Positions 27,997 to 37,245 of a stretch of 64,000 nt of DNA are shown here, in pieces. The translations under genes were made by a program, and so were the position numbers. Numbering within the stretch: the stretch's first letter is position 1; each line of letters begins with the position of its first letter. The stretch lies in the sequence record LR756511.1; one strand, 5' to 3'. A model generated the notes under the pieces. The model had not been told where the DNA came from. It searched no databases and saw only the letters and a program-made list of their open reading frames with translations.

Positions 27997-29315
27997 TCGC
28001 GGAGCCAGTGTTTATCGCTCTCAGTAGCAATGGCATTATATTTGCCGCGTGCCTGGATGATCGTTCTTTCTTTGTTGCTAACTTCGATGGTCAGTCTCTT
28101 CTCGGTTCCGCCTCTGGTAATCTCTTCAAACTTCCAAATAGAAACACGTCCCGTTGCACAGGAATAAGAATACGAACCAACGCAATGTCGCATGGTGCGA
28201 CCTTCCGCAACAAGATCGGCTTGCGTGCAAATCTCAGAGATACGATGAATCGTCTTCGTTTCCTTGTTTTCGTGGTAAAGCCCACTAATTCCACAAGGGT
28301 TCCAATTGGTGAAATTAGCTGGATGATTATTATGACGACGTTCCCGACCAATTTGAGGGTGCCAGTTTTCAACCTGACGTAATAGAGATTCAGGATCGCG
28401 GCCTTTCATGGTCATATTCGGCTGCGGTGCAACCATTCTTCCCTCTTCATCAACGATAGAAGGAACGTATTTCTGATTATAAATGAAATCAACAATTGGA
28501 CCATAATGGTGAGCATCCAACATAGGATTCTGTTGGAACCAACGGAATAGGCTCATCCAGAAATCGTTATTGTTGAAATCAACAGCAATACGGGTGCGAA
28601 GGATTTGACGAACAAAGTGTTCGTTGCCGCCCATGTTGAGAACTTGTCCGTAACGGAAAGCCTGTTGGACATTGAAATCCTTTGGGGCTTGCATTACGAA
28701 ATGGGCTTCTTTTTTAGTTAGAGGAATTGGCAAGGTTTCAGCGGTTCGAATATTTGCGCCCTGAGCCACATGGATAAACCACCGATGATGAAGATTTACG
28801 TTCGTGAACCAGACAGAATCAAAGAAAGCAGGAACGTGATATTTCCCATAAAGATGCCGTGCGAAGGAAGCAACTTGGCGGTTGATATTGTGGGTATTTG
28901 GCTTCCAGTCCTCAACAGGACGAACAGCATATTGAGCATAAAGAGAAAGATGCTTTAATGCATCTACAGCCCCAGCCGATCTACGACCGTAGGCATCAGG
29001 CGCCGCCCCTGAAATATCAATTCTTAAATTAGCAAAATGAAGGAGTATTTGCTTAAAAAAGTCTCGGTTTGGCGCAACTTTGATTACGTCAACGATATGT
29101 CGAATGCTACTTTCGCAGCTTTCGAACTTTTCTCCATTAAAGGCGGCTTCAATTGCGGCTGGAAGATTACGGACTTTCTGCGCTAGGATATAGACCTTTG
29201 GCTTTTGCTTACGGCGTTCCGCCTCCGCTTCCGCAGCCTTACGTGCCTCTTCCTTTTTGGCTTGTAACTGCGCCTTTTTCTGCTTATTCGATTTTGGAAT
29301 CTTAAACTGCTTCAC
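27951..29315 (-). CDS. PcfJ domain-containing protein
   Basis: LVAEGRTMRHCVGSY...SIW...LTIEV...IQARGKYN. Confidence 0.8.
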   Translation of the reverse strand: MKQFKIPKSNKQKKAQLQAKKEEARKAAEAEAERRKQKPKVYILAQKVRNLPAAIEAAFNGEKFESCESSIRHIVDVIKVAPNRDFFKQILLHFANLRIDISGAAPDAYGRRSAGAVDALKHLSLYAQYAVRPVEDWKPNTHNINRQVASFARHLYGKYHVPAFFDSVWFTNVNLHHRWFIHVAQGANIRTAETLPIPLTKKEAHFVMQAPKDFNVQQAFRYGQVLNMGGNEHFVRQILRTRIAVDFNNNDFWMSLFRWFQQNPMLDAHHYGPIVDFIYNQKYVPSIVDEEGRMVAPQPNMTMKGRDPESLLRQVENWHPQIGRERRHNNHPANFTNWNPCGISGLYHENKETKTIHRISEICTQADLVAEGRTMRHCVGSYSYSCATGRVSIWKFEEITRGGTEKRLTIEVSNKERTIIQARGKYNAIATESDKHWLREWARKAGLGMSRYMI

Positions 29316-29452
29316 TTGTCTCTTCCTTCTTTTCTTCTTTCTTCTCTAATAGCCTCTTCGCCAATTCCTCAAGCCTATTAAACGAATAATCAAAGACTTC
29401 CCTGATTTTCTTGGCTTCGCCAAGGATTTCTTTGACTAATTCCTGTTCATAC

Positions 29453-30055
29453 TCATTCATCTTCGCCCGCCTTCCAATATCGCTTTTTGTAAGGATAATG
29501 CTGAGAAATAAACCAAACAGCTTTACCCAAAGATTCGAACTTCGCCCGTTCGTGATAATGACTGTATCGGCGTAGACCTAATACATATTCAGTATCAGAA
29601 TAAATTCGGAGACTCCAAATGCCGCCTTCTCCGCAACCTGCCTCACTAACCTTAATCATCTTAGCTGGCCTATCGAAATCCAGCTTTACAGGCTTAATAT
29701 GCGGTACCCACATCCGCAACTCTTCAATTTGCGGCTCTAATGGTTCCTTTTCATAAGCTCCAAAATGAACTGTACTTTGTTCATTTTCGGGACAATAACC
29801 GCTTACGTGAACAACCTGGAAACAACCCCACATGGCATTGCTCCAAGAACTGAACACATTTTGCGGCGCCCGATTCTCCCCATAGCCATCAGGCACATAG
29901 ACATTCATCCACCAATGTACCAAAGCTTGCTTATCGAATTCAGGGTCAATCTTCTTGAATTTAGTCTGTCTTAATATAATATCAGCATCAGGAAAAAGCA
30001 ACTGTTGTCCTTTTAAAGTAGCTTCATATTTTTCTACGATTAAGTTGCTGTCCAC
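29453..30055 (-). CDS. Hypothetical protein
   Basis: ORF track. Confidence 0.55.
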   Translation of the reverse strand: MDSNLIVEKYEATLKGQQLLFPDADIILRQTKFKKIDPEFDKQALVHWWMNVYVPDGYGENRAPQNVFSSWSNAMWGCFQVVHVSGYCPENEQSTVHFGAYEKEPLEPQIEELRMWVPHIKPVKLDFDRPAKMIKVSEAGCGEGGIWSLRIYSDTEYVLGLRRYSHYHERAKFESLGKAVWFISQHYPYKKRYWKAGEDE

Positions 30056-30372
30056 GTTAAAACCTCATTTATTTCGTATAAAGCCCACTTCTTAGCGGGT
30101 TCGGGCACCTTTTGCTCAATCAAAACTTTATATTTGTCCGCTAGCCTTTTAATTTTACTTTTTAGCTTTTCTGGCTTGCCTGCAATTTTACCATGAATCG
30201 CCGCATACATTGCTGAAATCTTTGATCGTTCCCGATTGCAATGATCGCAACACTTCACTACAGCACTTCGGCGGATGTCATGCAAAACGAATCGTGCGCA
30301 TATTGATCTAGCGACAATATGATCGCGTGTCAGTCTATCATGCTCAGTGTCGCACCAAAAGCACTTTCTCAT
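30040..30372 (-). CDS. Small HNH endonuclease
   Basis: CFWCD...LTRDHIV...CCDHCN. Confidence 0.75.
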   Translation of the reverse strand: MRKCFWCDTEHDRLTRDHIVARSICARFVLHDIRRSAVVKCCDHCNRERSKISAMYAAIHGKIAGKPEKLKSKIKRLADKYKVLIEQKVPEPAKKWALYEINEVLTWTAT

Positions 30373-30478
30373 ACCTTTTTCCAAAAATAGGTTGCACTTA
30401 CCTTCTTCTTGTGCTAAGGTTCTAACACTCGCAATAAGCCATCTAGTATAATTCCCTAACTCCAACGAAGGAGTTAAG

Positions 30479-30916
30479 ATGCGTGCAGGACTACGCACAC
30501 GATTGTATTATGACCATAAAGGTAACATTCTTGGTAGCGGGATTTCCTTTCAGGAAGCCTGCAAGCTATCTTATCGAAATCCGACCAAATTATTGATCGT
30601 GGTCGAAGAAGGATTCTTGCCCCAATCCCTAGCCCTAGTCGATCTCGTCAGCTATTGCCATCTTTTAATTCTCGGCGGGGATGCCTTCTTTGTTTGCAAC
30701 ACAGAGCCAGCTTATCGAAGCTGGATATTCAAAGAGTCGGTCCAGTGCGAAGTCATCTCCCGCGAGCGAGCCAAACAATTAATTAAAGACGCCAATCGCC
30801 CAAAAACTGATTTCATCATGCCAACGGACGAAAGCTCGATTAACCTTGCTGAAAAACGCTCCAGCAAAACCGATACATTTGGATGCCAAAGTGACGAAAG
30901 CCTTAACGGGTCGTAA
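30479..30916 (+). CDS. Hypothetical protein
   Basis: AAGGAG SD and AG-TATAAT upstream. Confidence 0.55.
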   Translation: MRAGLRTRLYYDHKGNILGSGISFQEACKLSYRNPTKLLIVVEEGFLPQSLALVDLVSYCHLLILGGDAFFVCNTEPAYRSWIFKESVQCEVISRERAKQLIKDANRPKTDFIMPTDESSINLAEKRSSKTDTFGCQSDESLNGS

Positions 30917-31463
30917 GATCGCCGCCGCCCTCGCTAAAAAGTGATTGCAGCATCTGACGACTAAGCAAATTGGGCGAGAACTTCTGACGATCCTTCATAA
31001 TAGCCCGCAACATCTTGCGATGTCGTAAGTTCTTATGACGCTTTGTTTCTCTTCCAAATACACCTTCTGTAAGAGCTAATTGCTTGAACGTGTAGAAATC
31101 ATTATCATTCTGAATGACTCCAGGCGCCGTAAAAACAGGGTCTTTAAGCGTTTGACACTTCCTATTAAGATAACGCGCCAATTCCATAATGATAATGCCG
31201 TCCAGATATCTAATGAATAGCTCCGTTCGGTCGCTTTTAAAGCAATATTCGCAACAGCACATTGCAAAAGGAGTTACACCCTTTTGCTCATAGAACTTAT
31301 TAACTCGTTCATAGGTGACTGGAACGCATCGCACATCATGTTCAAAACAAAATGCACAAGTTGCAATATAGGCATTACGCTCTTTGGTGAGCCTAATTCC
31401 GCCACCCAACATCAATCTGTCCCCAATGTCTTCGGGGATTTCATCTAAATTAAAGTCGCTCAT
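30903..31463 (-). CDS. Hypothetical Cys-rich protein
   Basis: GGAG SD; CAFC, CCCEYC. Confidence 0.55.
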   Translation of the reverse strand: MSDFNLDEIPEDIGDRLMLGGGIRLTKERNAYIATCAFCFEHDVRCVPVTYERVNKFYEQKGVTPFAMCCCEYCFKSDRTELFIRYLDGIIIMELARYLNRKCQTLKDPVFTAPGVIQNDNDFYTFKQLALTEGVFGRETKRHKNLRHRKMLRAIMKDRQKFSPNLLSRQMLQSLFSEGGGDLTTR

Positions 31464-31472
31464 GGGTCACTC

Positions 31473-31772
31473 CTAAATAAGCAAACGACAAACGGGAATA
31501 TCCACATATCCAGAAGCGACAAAACGATCCGTTCGCTCCACAATTCCCTCCGCAACCAGGAAATCGACCATTCCTTCATTTTCGGAATAATCCTTAATGA
31601 AGACTTCATCGGGAGCCAGCGGTTGCTCTGGAATATTGACACTGCACGTAGCAACAGGTTCGCCCTTGTCCGACAAAAAGATTGCAACCCTATTGCCCTT
31701 ATGATAATGGGTCTTCCAAATCTCGCAGTCTTCGCCCTTGTAGAAAGCCTTCTTGATAAGTGTAGGAGACAT
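31473..31772 (-). CDS. DUF4313-like phage protein
   Basis: EPVATCSVN...EVFIKDYSENEG...SGYVDIPVCRL. Confidence 0.65.
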   Translation of the reverse strand: MSPTLIKKAFYKGEDCEIWKTHYHKGNRVAIFLSDKGEPVATCSVNIPEQPLAPDEVFIKDYSENEGMVDFLVAEGIVERTDRFVASGYVDIPVCRLLI

Positions 31773-31776
31773 AGAC

Positions 31777-32165
31777 CTAGCCTTTCTTTTGACGGGTTAA
31801 AGGCGCTTCGCTGAGAGTGAATACAATGAATTCCTCGCCAGTTATGGTACTCATATCGTGGTGAAAGCTTACAACTTTAATATTCCCAATGATTTTCTTG
31901 AGCATTTCCTCTAAAACAGGTCTTGCTATTTCAAGCAATTGAGTCCGCACATCCTTGAGTAAAATCCTACTTTTTTCAAGGGGTAAGGCTTTCATCAATT
32001 GTTGCTCAGCAGGAGTTAAAACCCCATCAATGCGGACGACAATTACATCCCCCAAAGAAGGGTTTTAATATGCTTGGGACCGCGACCCATGTATTCCTGC
32101 TTAAAAGCCGTGATTAAGTTGCAAATCTCACTTTCCAACTGGCCTTGCGTTTTAGCCTCTTCCAT
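31777..32165 (-). pseudogene. DUF2294 family gene with 1-nt frameshift (or sequence error)
   Basis: KTQGQLESEI...EYMGRGPKHIKT (ATG 32165) continues in the -1 frame as GDVIVVRIDGVLTPAEQQL...HHDMSTITGEEF; break at G5 run, plus strand 32049-32053. Confidence 0.75.
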
Positions 32166-32188
32166 TTCAACCCCTTCAATGAGGAAGT

Positions 32189-33040
32189 TTACTCCTGCAA
32201 CCATCGTTGCAAGTGTGGAACGACGCTAGGATCAAAATGCCGAATACGGGCATAATTATGTCCGTTCAGCATTTTACGAACTTCCTGACGATGAAACTTT
32301 TGAGGCTTTTCGGTTTGCTCAGCTATATTCCATACCATTAAGACTTCTTTTTTCGTGTCTTTATCGTGTTGACTCCAAATATACCAGTCGGAGTCATGCC
32401 ACCGTGACAGTGCCATTTAATTCTCCGAATTCATAATGTCACTAAACACATTGCCGCGAGCAATCTGAATCGGAATGTTCTCTGGCGTTAGCGTAGAATA
32501 ATACGCATATAACCAGGATCGAACATTGGCAACCATCATCCAAGAGCTAAGGGTAATGATTGCGATAATCGCCGCCGCAAACGTCCAACCTGTCATAACC
32601 AGAAAAACCGTAAGCATGATGTTGTTAAAGTTGGCGAAATAAACACCCAGCTTTCCCAGCATCTTTTGCGGACCCATGAAACTAAGAAGGTGAGTCATAT
32701 ACTCATGCATGTCATCGCTATGCCTACGACAATCTTCTTCCTTATGTTCAATAGCAAGCTTAGTAATCCAGCCCAAAAACCACATGACCATATTGAAAGT
32801 GATGGAGATGCTTTCAATCAGAATACACCACCAAATCCCAAAGGTAACAAAACGATCAAAGACCAGCGGCGTTTCTGCATACCATTGTGCCGCCAATCCC
32901 AGCCAACTAAAGAAAAACGTAACCCGAAGGAATATGTTAAACCAAGCCAAGGCAGGAAGCGATTCGCGCCGCTCCTCAGCTTTGACAAGACCCTTACGCA
33001 CCGCTTCACGCTGGAATTCGTCAAGACTAAGCAAATTCAT
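32189..33040 (-). CDS. Hypothetical ORF (32189-32416) and multi-pass membrane protein (32417-33040)
   Basis: ORF track; about four hydrophobic helices in the second ORF. Confidence 0.6.
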
Positions 33041-33056
33041 AGATTTCTCCTTCTTT

Positions 33057-33084
33057 ACTTTACTACAAATTTTAGGAAAGGAAA
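33057..33084 (-). promoter_or_regulatory. Sigma70-like early promoter
   Basis: TTTCCT-N16 (ending TGTAG)-TAAAGT. Confidence 0.6.
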
Positions 33085-33085
33085 A

Positions 33086-33253
33086 TTAGTGCATCAATCC
33101 TGAACAGATGTATATTAGAAATATGAAAAACAAACCTGAGCCAAGATAAATTAGACATCCAGATGGAGTCTCCTGGCCAAGCGGTTCGCCACAATGTAAG
33201 CAAATTGGAGCGTTTGGAGAAACTTCGCCGCCACATTGAGGACAGTTAATCAT
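33086..33253 (-). CDS. Zinc-ribbon plus transmembrane small protein
   Basis: CPQCG...CLHCG followed by a hydrophobic helix. Confidence 0.65.
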   Translation of the reverse strand: MINCPQCGGEVSPNAPICLHCGEPLGQETPSGCLIYLGSGLFFIFLIYICSGLMH

Positions 33254-33854
33254 GTTTGTGCCTTCTTTGGGGGTTGCCCGTAATCGCGGAAGCCGCACTT
33301 CGACTTCGCAAGTGTCTTGTACAGCTGTGAATCGCCCCGTAGGGTAACTGTATATGGGTTCCCTAATGGACGACTGTACTCGTCTGGTGCCGATGGAGGC
33401 ATCCCATCCCAATATTCCTTAATATACTTGTCCCGATGGTCCTGAGACAAATGAAGGCTAAAACCATCGGGACGGGCGCCCCACCCTCGTTCACTTTCTT
33501 CCCAAAGCTGAACAAATACCTTCGGCATTATTCACCTTCCTTTACAAGCTTCAAAGAAGCTGCCTTACTACCCCAATCGCAACCAGAAATGTCTTTAAGG
33601 TCTTGCAAATCCAAGACGCCCCTTTTAATCAAAATTTCTACTAAACGACCTAAAGCCTCGCAGACGACTTTAGGCTGATTTTCAAGGAAGACCCTCTTTT
33701 CGTCGCTGTCGTAAAGGATGGAATCATACATGAATCGTTGAATGCTGTCCCTTTCCTTACCGACTTCGCCCTTCCAAGTAACCTTGTCGTATTCAACATC
33801 CACAAGCCACCTCCTTAAACCGCATAACGCAACGGATGAGCGTGTTCGCCACAC
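33250..33854 (-). CDS. Two hypothetical ORFs (33250-33528, 33528-33854)
   Basis: ORF track. Confidence 0.5.
33319..33327 (-). promoter_or_regulatory. CAGCTGTAC motif copy 8
   Basis: Exact; 65 nt upstream of ATG 33253, inside the preceding ORF. Confidence 0.5.
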
Positions 33855-34141
33855 TTCGGGCAGAAATACTCGCCATCCTTTTGAACAGGCTTTTCGCCAG
33901 TTACAAACCCTTGCCAGTTACAGTGCAAACCAGACTTCTTAACTTCCTCAATGTGCTTACAATACTTGCCCTTGCCAAACTTAAATGAATCGCAAGTGCA
34001 TCGGTAATCATGTTCATACGGACCACGCGGAGTAGGACCGTAAGTGACCGTATAATGCTTACCCTTACTTCCTTCTACCTTCGTAGAGAAGTGTTCCGCA
34101 GAATCGCAATGAAAATGAACCTCAAGAGTGAAATCGGGCAT
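33815..34141 (-). CDS. SWIM-type zinc-finger protein
   Basis: YTVT...YRCTCDSF...YCKHI; GGGAG SD. Confidence 0.75.
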   Translation of the reverse strand: MPDFTLEVHFHCDSAEHFSTKVEGSKGKHYTVTYGPTPRGPYEHDYRCTCDSFKFGKGKYCKHIEEVKKSGLHCNWQGFVTGEKPVQKDGEYFCPKCGEHAHPLRYAV

Positions 34142-34162
34142 GATGTGTCTCCCTTGTAAATG

Positions 34163-34194
34163 ACCAATGCCTATGTGACAACATAGGCATTGGT
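34163..34194. promoter_or_regulatory. Perfect 14-bp inverted repeat in the SWIM gene leader
   Basis: ACCAATGCCTATGT-gaca-ACATAGGCATTGGT. Confidence 0.8.
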
Positions 34195-34201
34195 ACAGCT
34201 G
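34193..34201 (-). promoter_or_regulatory. CAGCTGTAC motif copy 9
   Basis: Exact; overlaps the hairpin arm by 2 nt. Confidence 0.7.
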
Positions 34202-34275
34202 CAAGAAGTGAAGTGGGTAGCCCCAACCCCGCGCCCACTAAACTCAGCAATTCTACTGAGTCTAACCATGCTATA

Positions 34276-34578
34276 CTAGACGACCTTAACCTTCTTGGTC
34301 TTGAAATACCGCTTGCACCGCTCCGTGAATTCCTTCACGTTGTCCCTAATAGACGGCGGAACTTCATGCCCATCCCGCTCCTCGTTAAGAAATGCATGGA
34401 TACGACCATTAGCAATATCCTTGCCGCGCTCAACGTCGAAGGTATCGGGATGCCCGCCAGTCAGCTTACACTTGCTCCAGCCGACAAGCACCTTGCCCTT
34501 CACCTTCTGAGCAACCAGCACGCCGCTCTTAACAACCTTGCCACCACGCCGCTTACGAAGATACTGGAAAAGGTCCAT
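34276..34578 (-). CDS. Hypothetical phage protein
   Basis: AGGAG SD; VLVGWSKC...DTFD..RGKDIA. Confidence 0.65.
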   Translation of the reverse strand: MDLFQYLRKRRGGKVVKSGVLVAQKVKGKVLVGWSKCKLTGGHPDTFDVERGKDIANGRIHAFLNEERDGHEVPPSIRDNVKEFTERCKRYFKTKKVKVV

Positions 34579-34614
34579 AAATCTCTCCTAATGTTAGAAA
34601 TTTGTCAAAAAAGC

Positions 34615-34642
34615 ACTATACCCACAATTACTATTTGGTCAA
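34615..34642 (-). promoter_or_regulatory. Sigma70-like early promoter
   Basis: TTGACC-N16-TATAGT. Confidence 0.7.
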
Positions 34643-35472
34643 GACACCTTTTTCTTGAAAACTGGCCCCTCACCCTTCATCCACAACTCAAGTTCCTCAA
34701 CCGTATAATAGCCAGATTCTTGCGTTTCAAAGTTGCGGGGATTCAGCCAATACATGACCCGATACTTGCTAGTTCTACTCGCCCCCAACCATTTCGGACT
34801 AAGACTCAAATAGCCACACGGCGGTTGAAATCGACTATAGAACTCATTATTATGCTGCTTAGCATACTCCTCATTAAAAGCATCAATCCGCTCACGAATA
34901 TCAATTTCGGCAGCAGCTTCCTTCAACTTTTGACGGTCAATATGGACATCATACATTTCTTTCCTTAAATGCTCAGGAATTTGCTTAATGATGCCAATAA
35001 CCAATCCAGCATTTTGAAATACCCAACCACCGCCCAACCAAATTGCCGCCTCTCGATTCATAATCGCCTTATGAATCTGCTTTAGCTTTTTAATGTTCTT
35101 TGGCTTCTTAACACGAATCCCTAAACTATCCTTGCACCACGCCGTCACCAACTCATCATTCACCGACATGCTTAGTTCTTGAAATTCGCCTAACTTCTTA
35201 CCTACAAGATACTTAGCATCATAATCACGAACAACGATTAGTGCGGCATTATTTTTGTTTTCTTCAATAAGGAAGACGCAATCATCCTTTGGGGTTCTGA
35301 TGCGATAACGTTCAATTCCCATGATACTTTCGTCATTTTCGATGCCGAAAGTCTGCATTAAGCCTTCAATGCCCCATTCATGTTCGGCACAGAAATCGGC
35401 GCCGAGATTAACGCCGATGGTATGCTCCTCATTCATGAGCCAATCAGACTTATAACCACGTCGCATACCCAT
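34639..35472 (-). CDS. Hypothetical phage protein
   Basis: 277-aa ORF with GGAAAG SD. Confidence 0.65.
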   Translation of the reverse strand: MGMRRGYKSDWLMNEEHTIGVNLGADFCAEHEWGIEGLMQTFGIENDESIMGIERYRIRTPKDDCVFLIEENKNNAALIVVRDYDAKYLVGKKLGEFQELSMSVNDELVTAWCKDSLGIRVKKPKNIKKLKQIHKAIMNREAAIWLGGGWVFQNAGLVIGIIKQIPEHLRKEMYDVHIDRQKLKEAAAEIDIRERIDAFNEEYAKQHNNEFYSRFQPPCGYLSLSPKWLGASRTSKYRVMYWLNPRNFETQESGYYTVEELELWMKGEGPVFKKKVS

Positions 35473-35591
35473 ATTAGCTTTCCTTCTTCTAGGGACTTAA
35501 TTGCTTCGTCCGTATCCCCATAATAGGGGGTAATCTCATACTCATCGTGGTCTTTGTAGACCAGCCAGCCGCTAGGTTGTTCGATTTTCAT
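35433..35591 (-). CDS. 52-aa ORF not in track (MKIEQPSGW...)
   Basis: ATG 11 nt after motif copy 10. Confidence 0.45.
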   Translation of the reverse strand: MKIEQPSGWLVYKDHDEYEITPYYGDTDEAIKSLEEGKLIWVCDVVISLIGS

Positions 35592-35602
35592 AAACGGTGT
35601 TT

Positions 35603-35611
35603 GTACAGCTG
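35603..35611 (-). promoter_or_regulatory. CAGCTGTAC motif copy 10
   Basis: Exact, intergenic, context AAATTCACAGCTGTACAAAC. Confidence 0.7.
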
Positions 35612-35633
35612 TGAATTTTAGTTTTGGCCAAAC

Positions 35634-35639
35634 TACATA
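35634..35639 (+). promoter_or_regulatory. Late-type TANATA box (TACATA)
   Basis: 5 nt before ATG 35645, no SD. Confidence 0.6.
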
Positions 35640-35644
35640 CTAAC

Positions 35645-36106
35645 ATGGATTTTAGAGGATTCGTACTGAACGAACTAAACACTGGCTATTATTATGCTGT
35701 GCTTGACCCGCACGGACAACTAGAAATAAGTCCTAAATTCCCCAATCCACAAGAACGAGATATGGATATGGGAGAGCGACAAGGACGGAAAATTAACATT
35801 CCACCTAATGCTTTTCAGATGGAGATTCCTGGTTTAACACCAGCCGATGATGAATATGAGCAAATTCAAACCGCATTCTGGAATAGATTAGGCTTTGGTC
35901 ATCGTGCTGGTGGCAATGCACCACCAGCATCCGTTAGCGGCGCCACTATCTACCCACAAGACTTTAGCGGCGATTATTGGAACAAGGTAGCCGCCAAGCA
36001 AAACGCTCAGCGGCTACCTTTTAAGACCAAAGAAGGCGGAACATTCAATTTAAGACCTAGAAAGCCGCAATCGGGTGATGAGACGATTGACTATCCAGCC
36101 CCTTAA
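35645..36106 (+). CDS. Protein with capsid-targeting-like N-terminus (MDFRGFVLNE)
   Basis: Start reassigned to ATG 35645. Confidence 0.65.
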   Translation: MDFRGFVLNELNTGYYYAVLDPHGQLEISPKFPNPQERDMDMGERQGRKINIPPNAFQMEIPGLTPADDEYEQIQTAFWNRLGFGHRAGGNAPPASVSGATIYPQDFSGDYWNKVAAKQNAQRLPFKTKEGGTFNLRPRKPQSGDETIDYPAP

Positions 36107-37177
36107 AGACCAGCCATTGTTACCGATTTCTTTGGCGTAAAATCAATCTTTTTCATATTGATCGCCTCAGTGAGCAATGCAATCGCTTGATCCTTCGTGG
36201 CATTAATACCCTGAATGCCTCCATTCGGCGTTAGCTGGCTTTCCTCGTCCAAAAAGATCATGGAAATATCGGCTTTCTTGTTCTCCAAGGTAATCAAAAC
36301 ACGTCCAGCCGATCCCCACATCATTGCAACAGCCTTCGATGGAAGTGTGAAATGATGCCCACGATCATCGGATTTGTTCCAATACTTCTTAATGTATCGG
36401 AGCCAATGATCCTCTTCGAACTTCCTGACCAGCTTCTCAATTTCATCCGTGGCAGAAGCAATTTCAAGCAAAGTATCCCTATTACTTCGCTCAAAATTGG
36501 CAACTTCCGCACGGAGACTATTCAAATCATCACGTTCGAAGTGAATCCGTGCCATAACTGCCTGAGTCATAAGACGGGTGGCAATAATGCCACTCTTCTT
36601 ATACTCATTTACCGAATCAACGCGGTCGCAGACGTAGCAGATGTTTTCCTTGATATTGCCCTTGGAGTCATAGACATTTACAGTCCAGCCATCCAAGTCT
36701 GCCTTGCAACGATCACACTTCTGCATCTTCCACATCTCCTTCTTCATCGTCTTCATCTTCATCAGTGTCTTCGGCTTGACCACTGACTTTCAGATAAAGC
36801 GTATTACCATTGGCAAAAAGAACATCATAATCTATTTCAGCAAGACCGATCACGTCGCCCGTCGCTCGCGTAGAAATCTCACTTAATACACCATCCAGTG
36901 CATCGTCATCGAGCCTTCCGATAACTTCGTGCAAATCAATCGACACGACCGTTTCGACCTTGCCATTTTCGGCCAAGTCTTCGGAAATTTGTTCTTCGGT
37001 AAGAGGAGCTTTCTTGTTCAGAATCGGCTGCAAATCGCTCCAGCACTTCGTAGCACGGTTCAGAACCGCTTTGACCTTTTCAAAATCGCCAAGCTTTTCG
37101 ATTTGAGTAGCCGTCAGACCAGCCGTATTCAGGCCATCGAGAATACGAACAAATTGCACGAAATCGGTTTCCGTCAT
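36103..37177 (-). CDS. Two hypothetical ORFs (36103-36726 with N-terminal CxxC pairs; 36713-37177 with acidic tail)
   Basis: ORF track with adjusted starts. Confidence 0.55.
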
Positions 37178-37245
37178 CTTTCCACTCCTTGAAGATGGTG
37201 TTTGTCCGCACAAACCACTTTACCACAAAATTTGACTTTGGTAAA

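Noticed and set aside
32049-32053. Programmed -1 frameshift in DUF2294
   Set aside because: The TTTGGGG heptamer is in the wrong frame for canonical slippage and no stimulatory structure is evident
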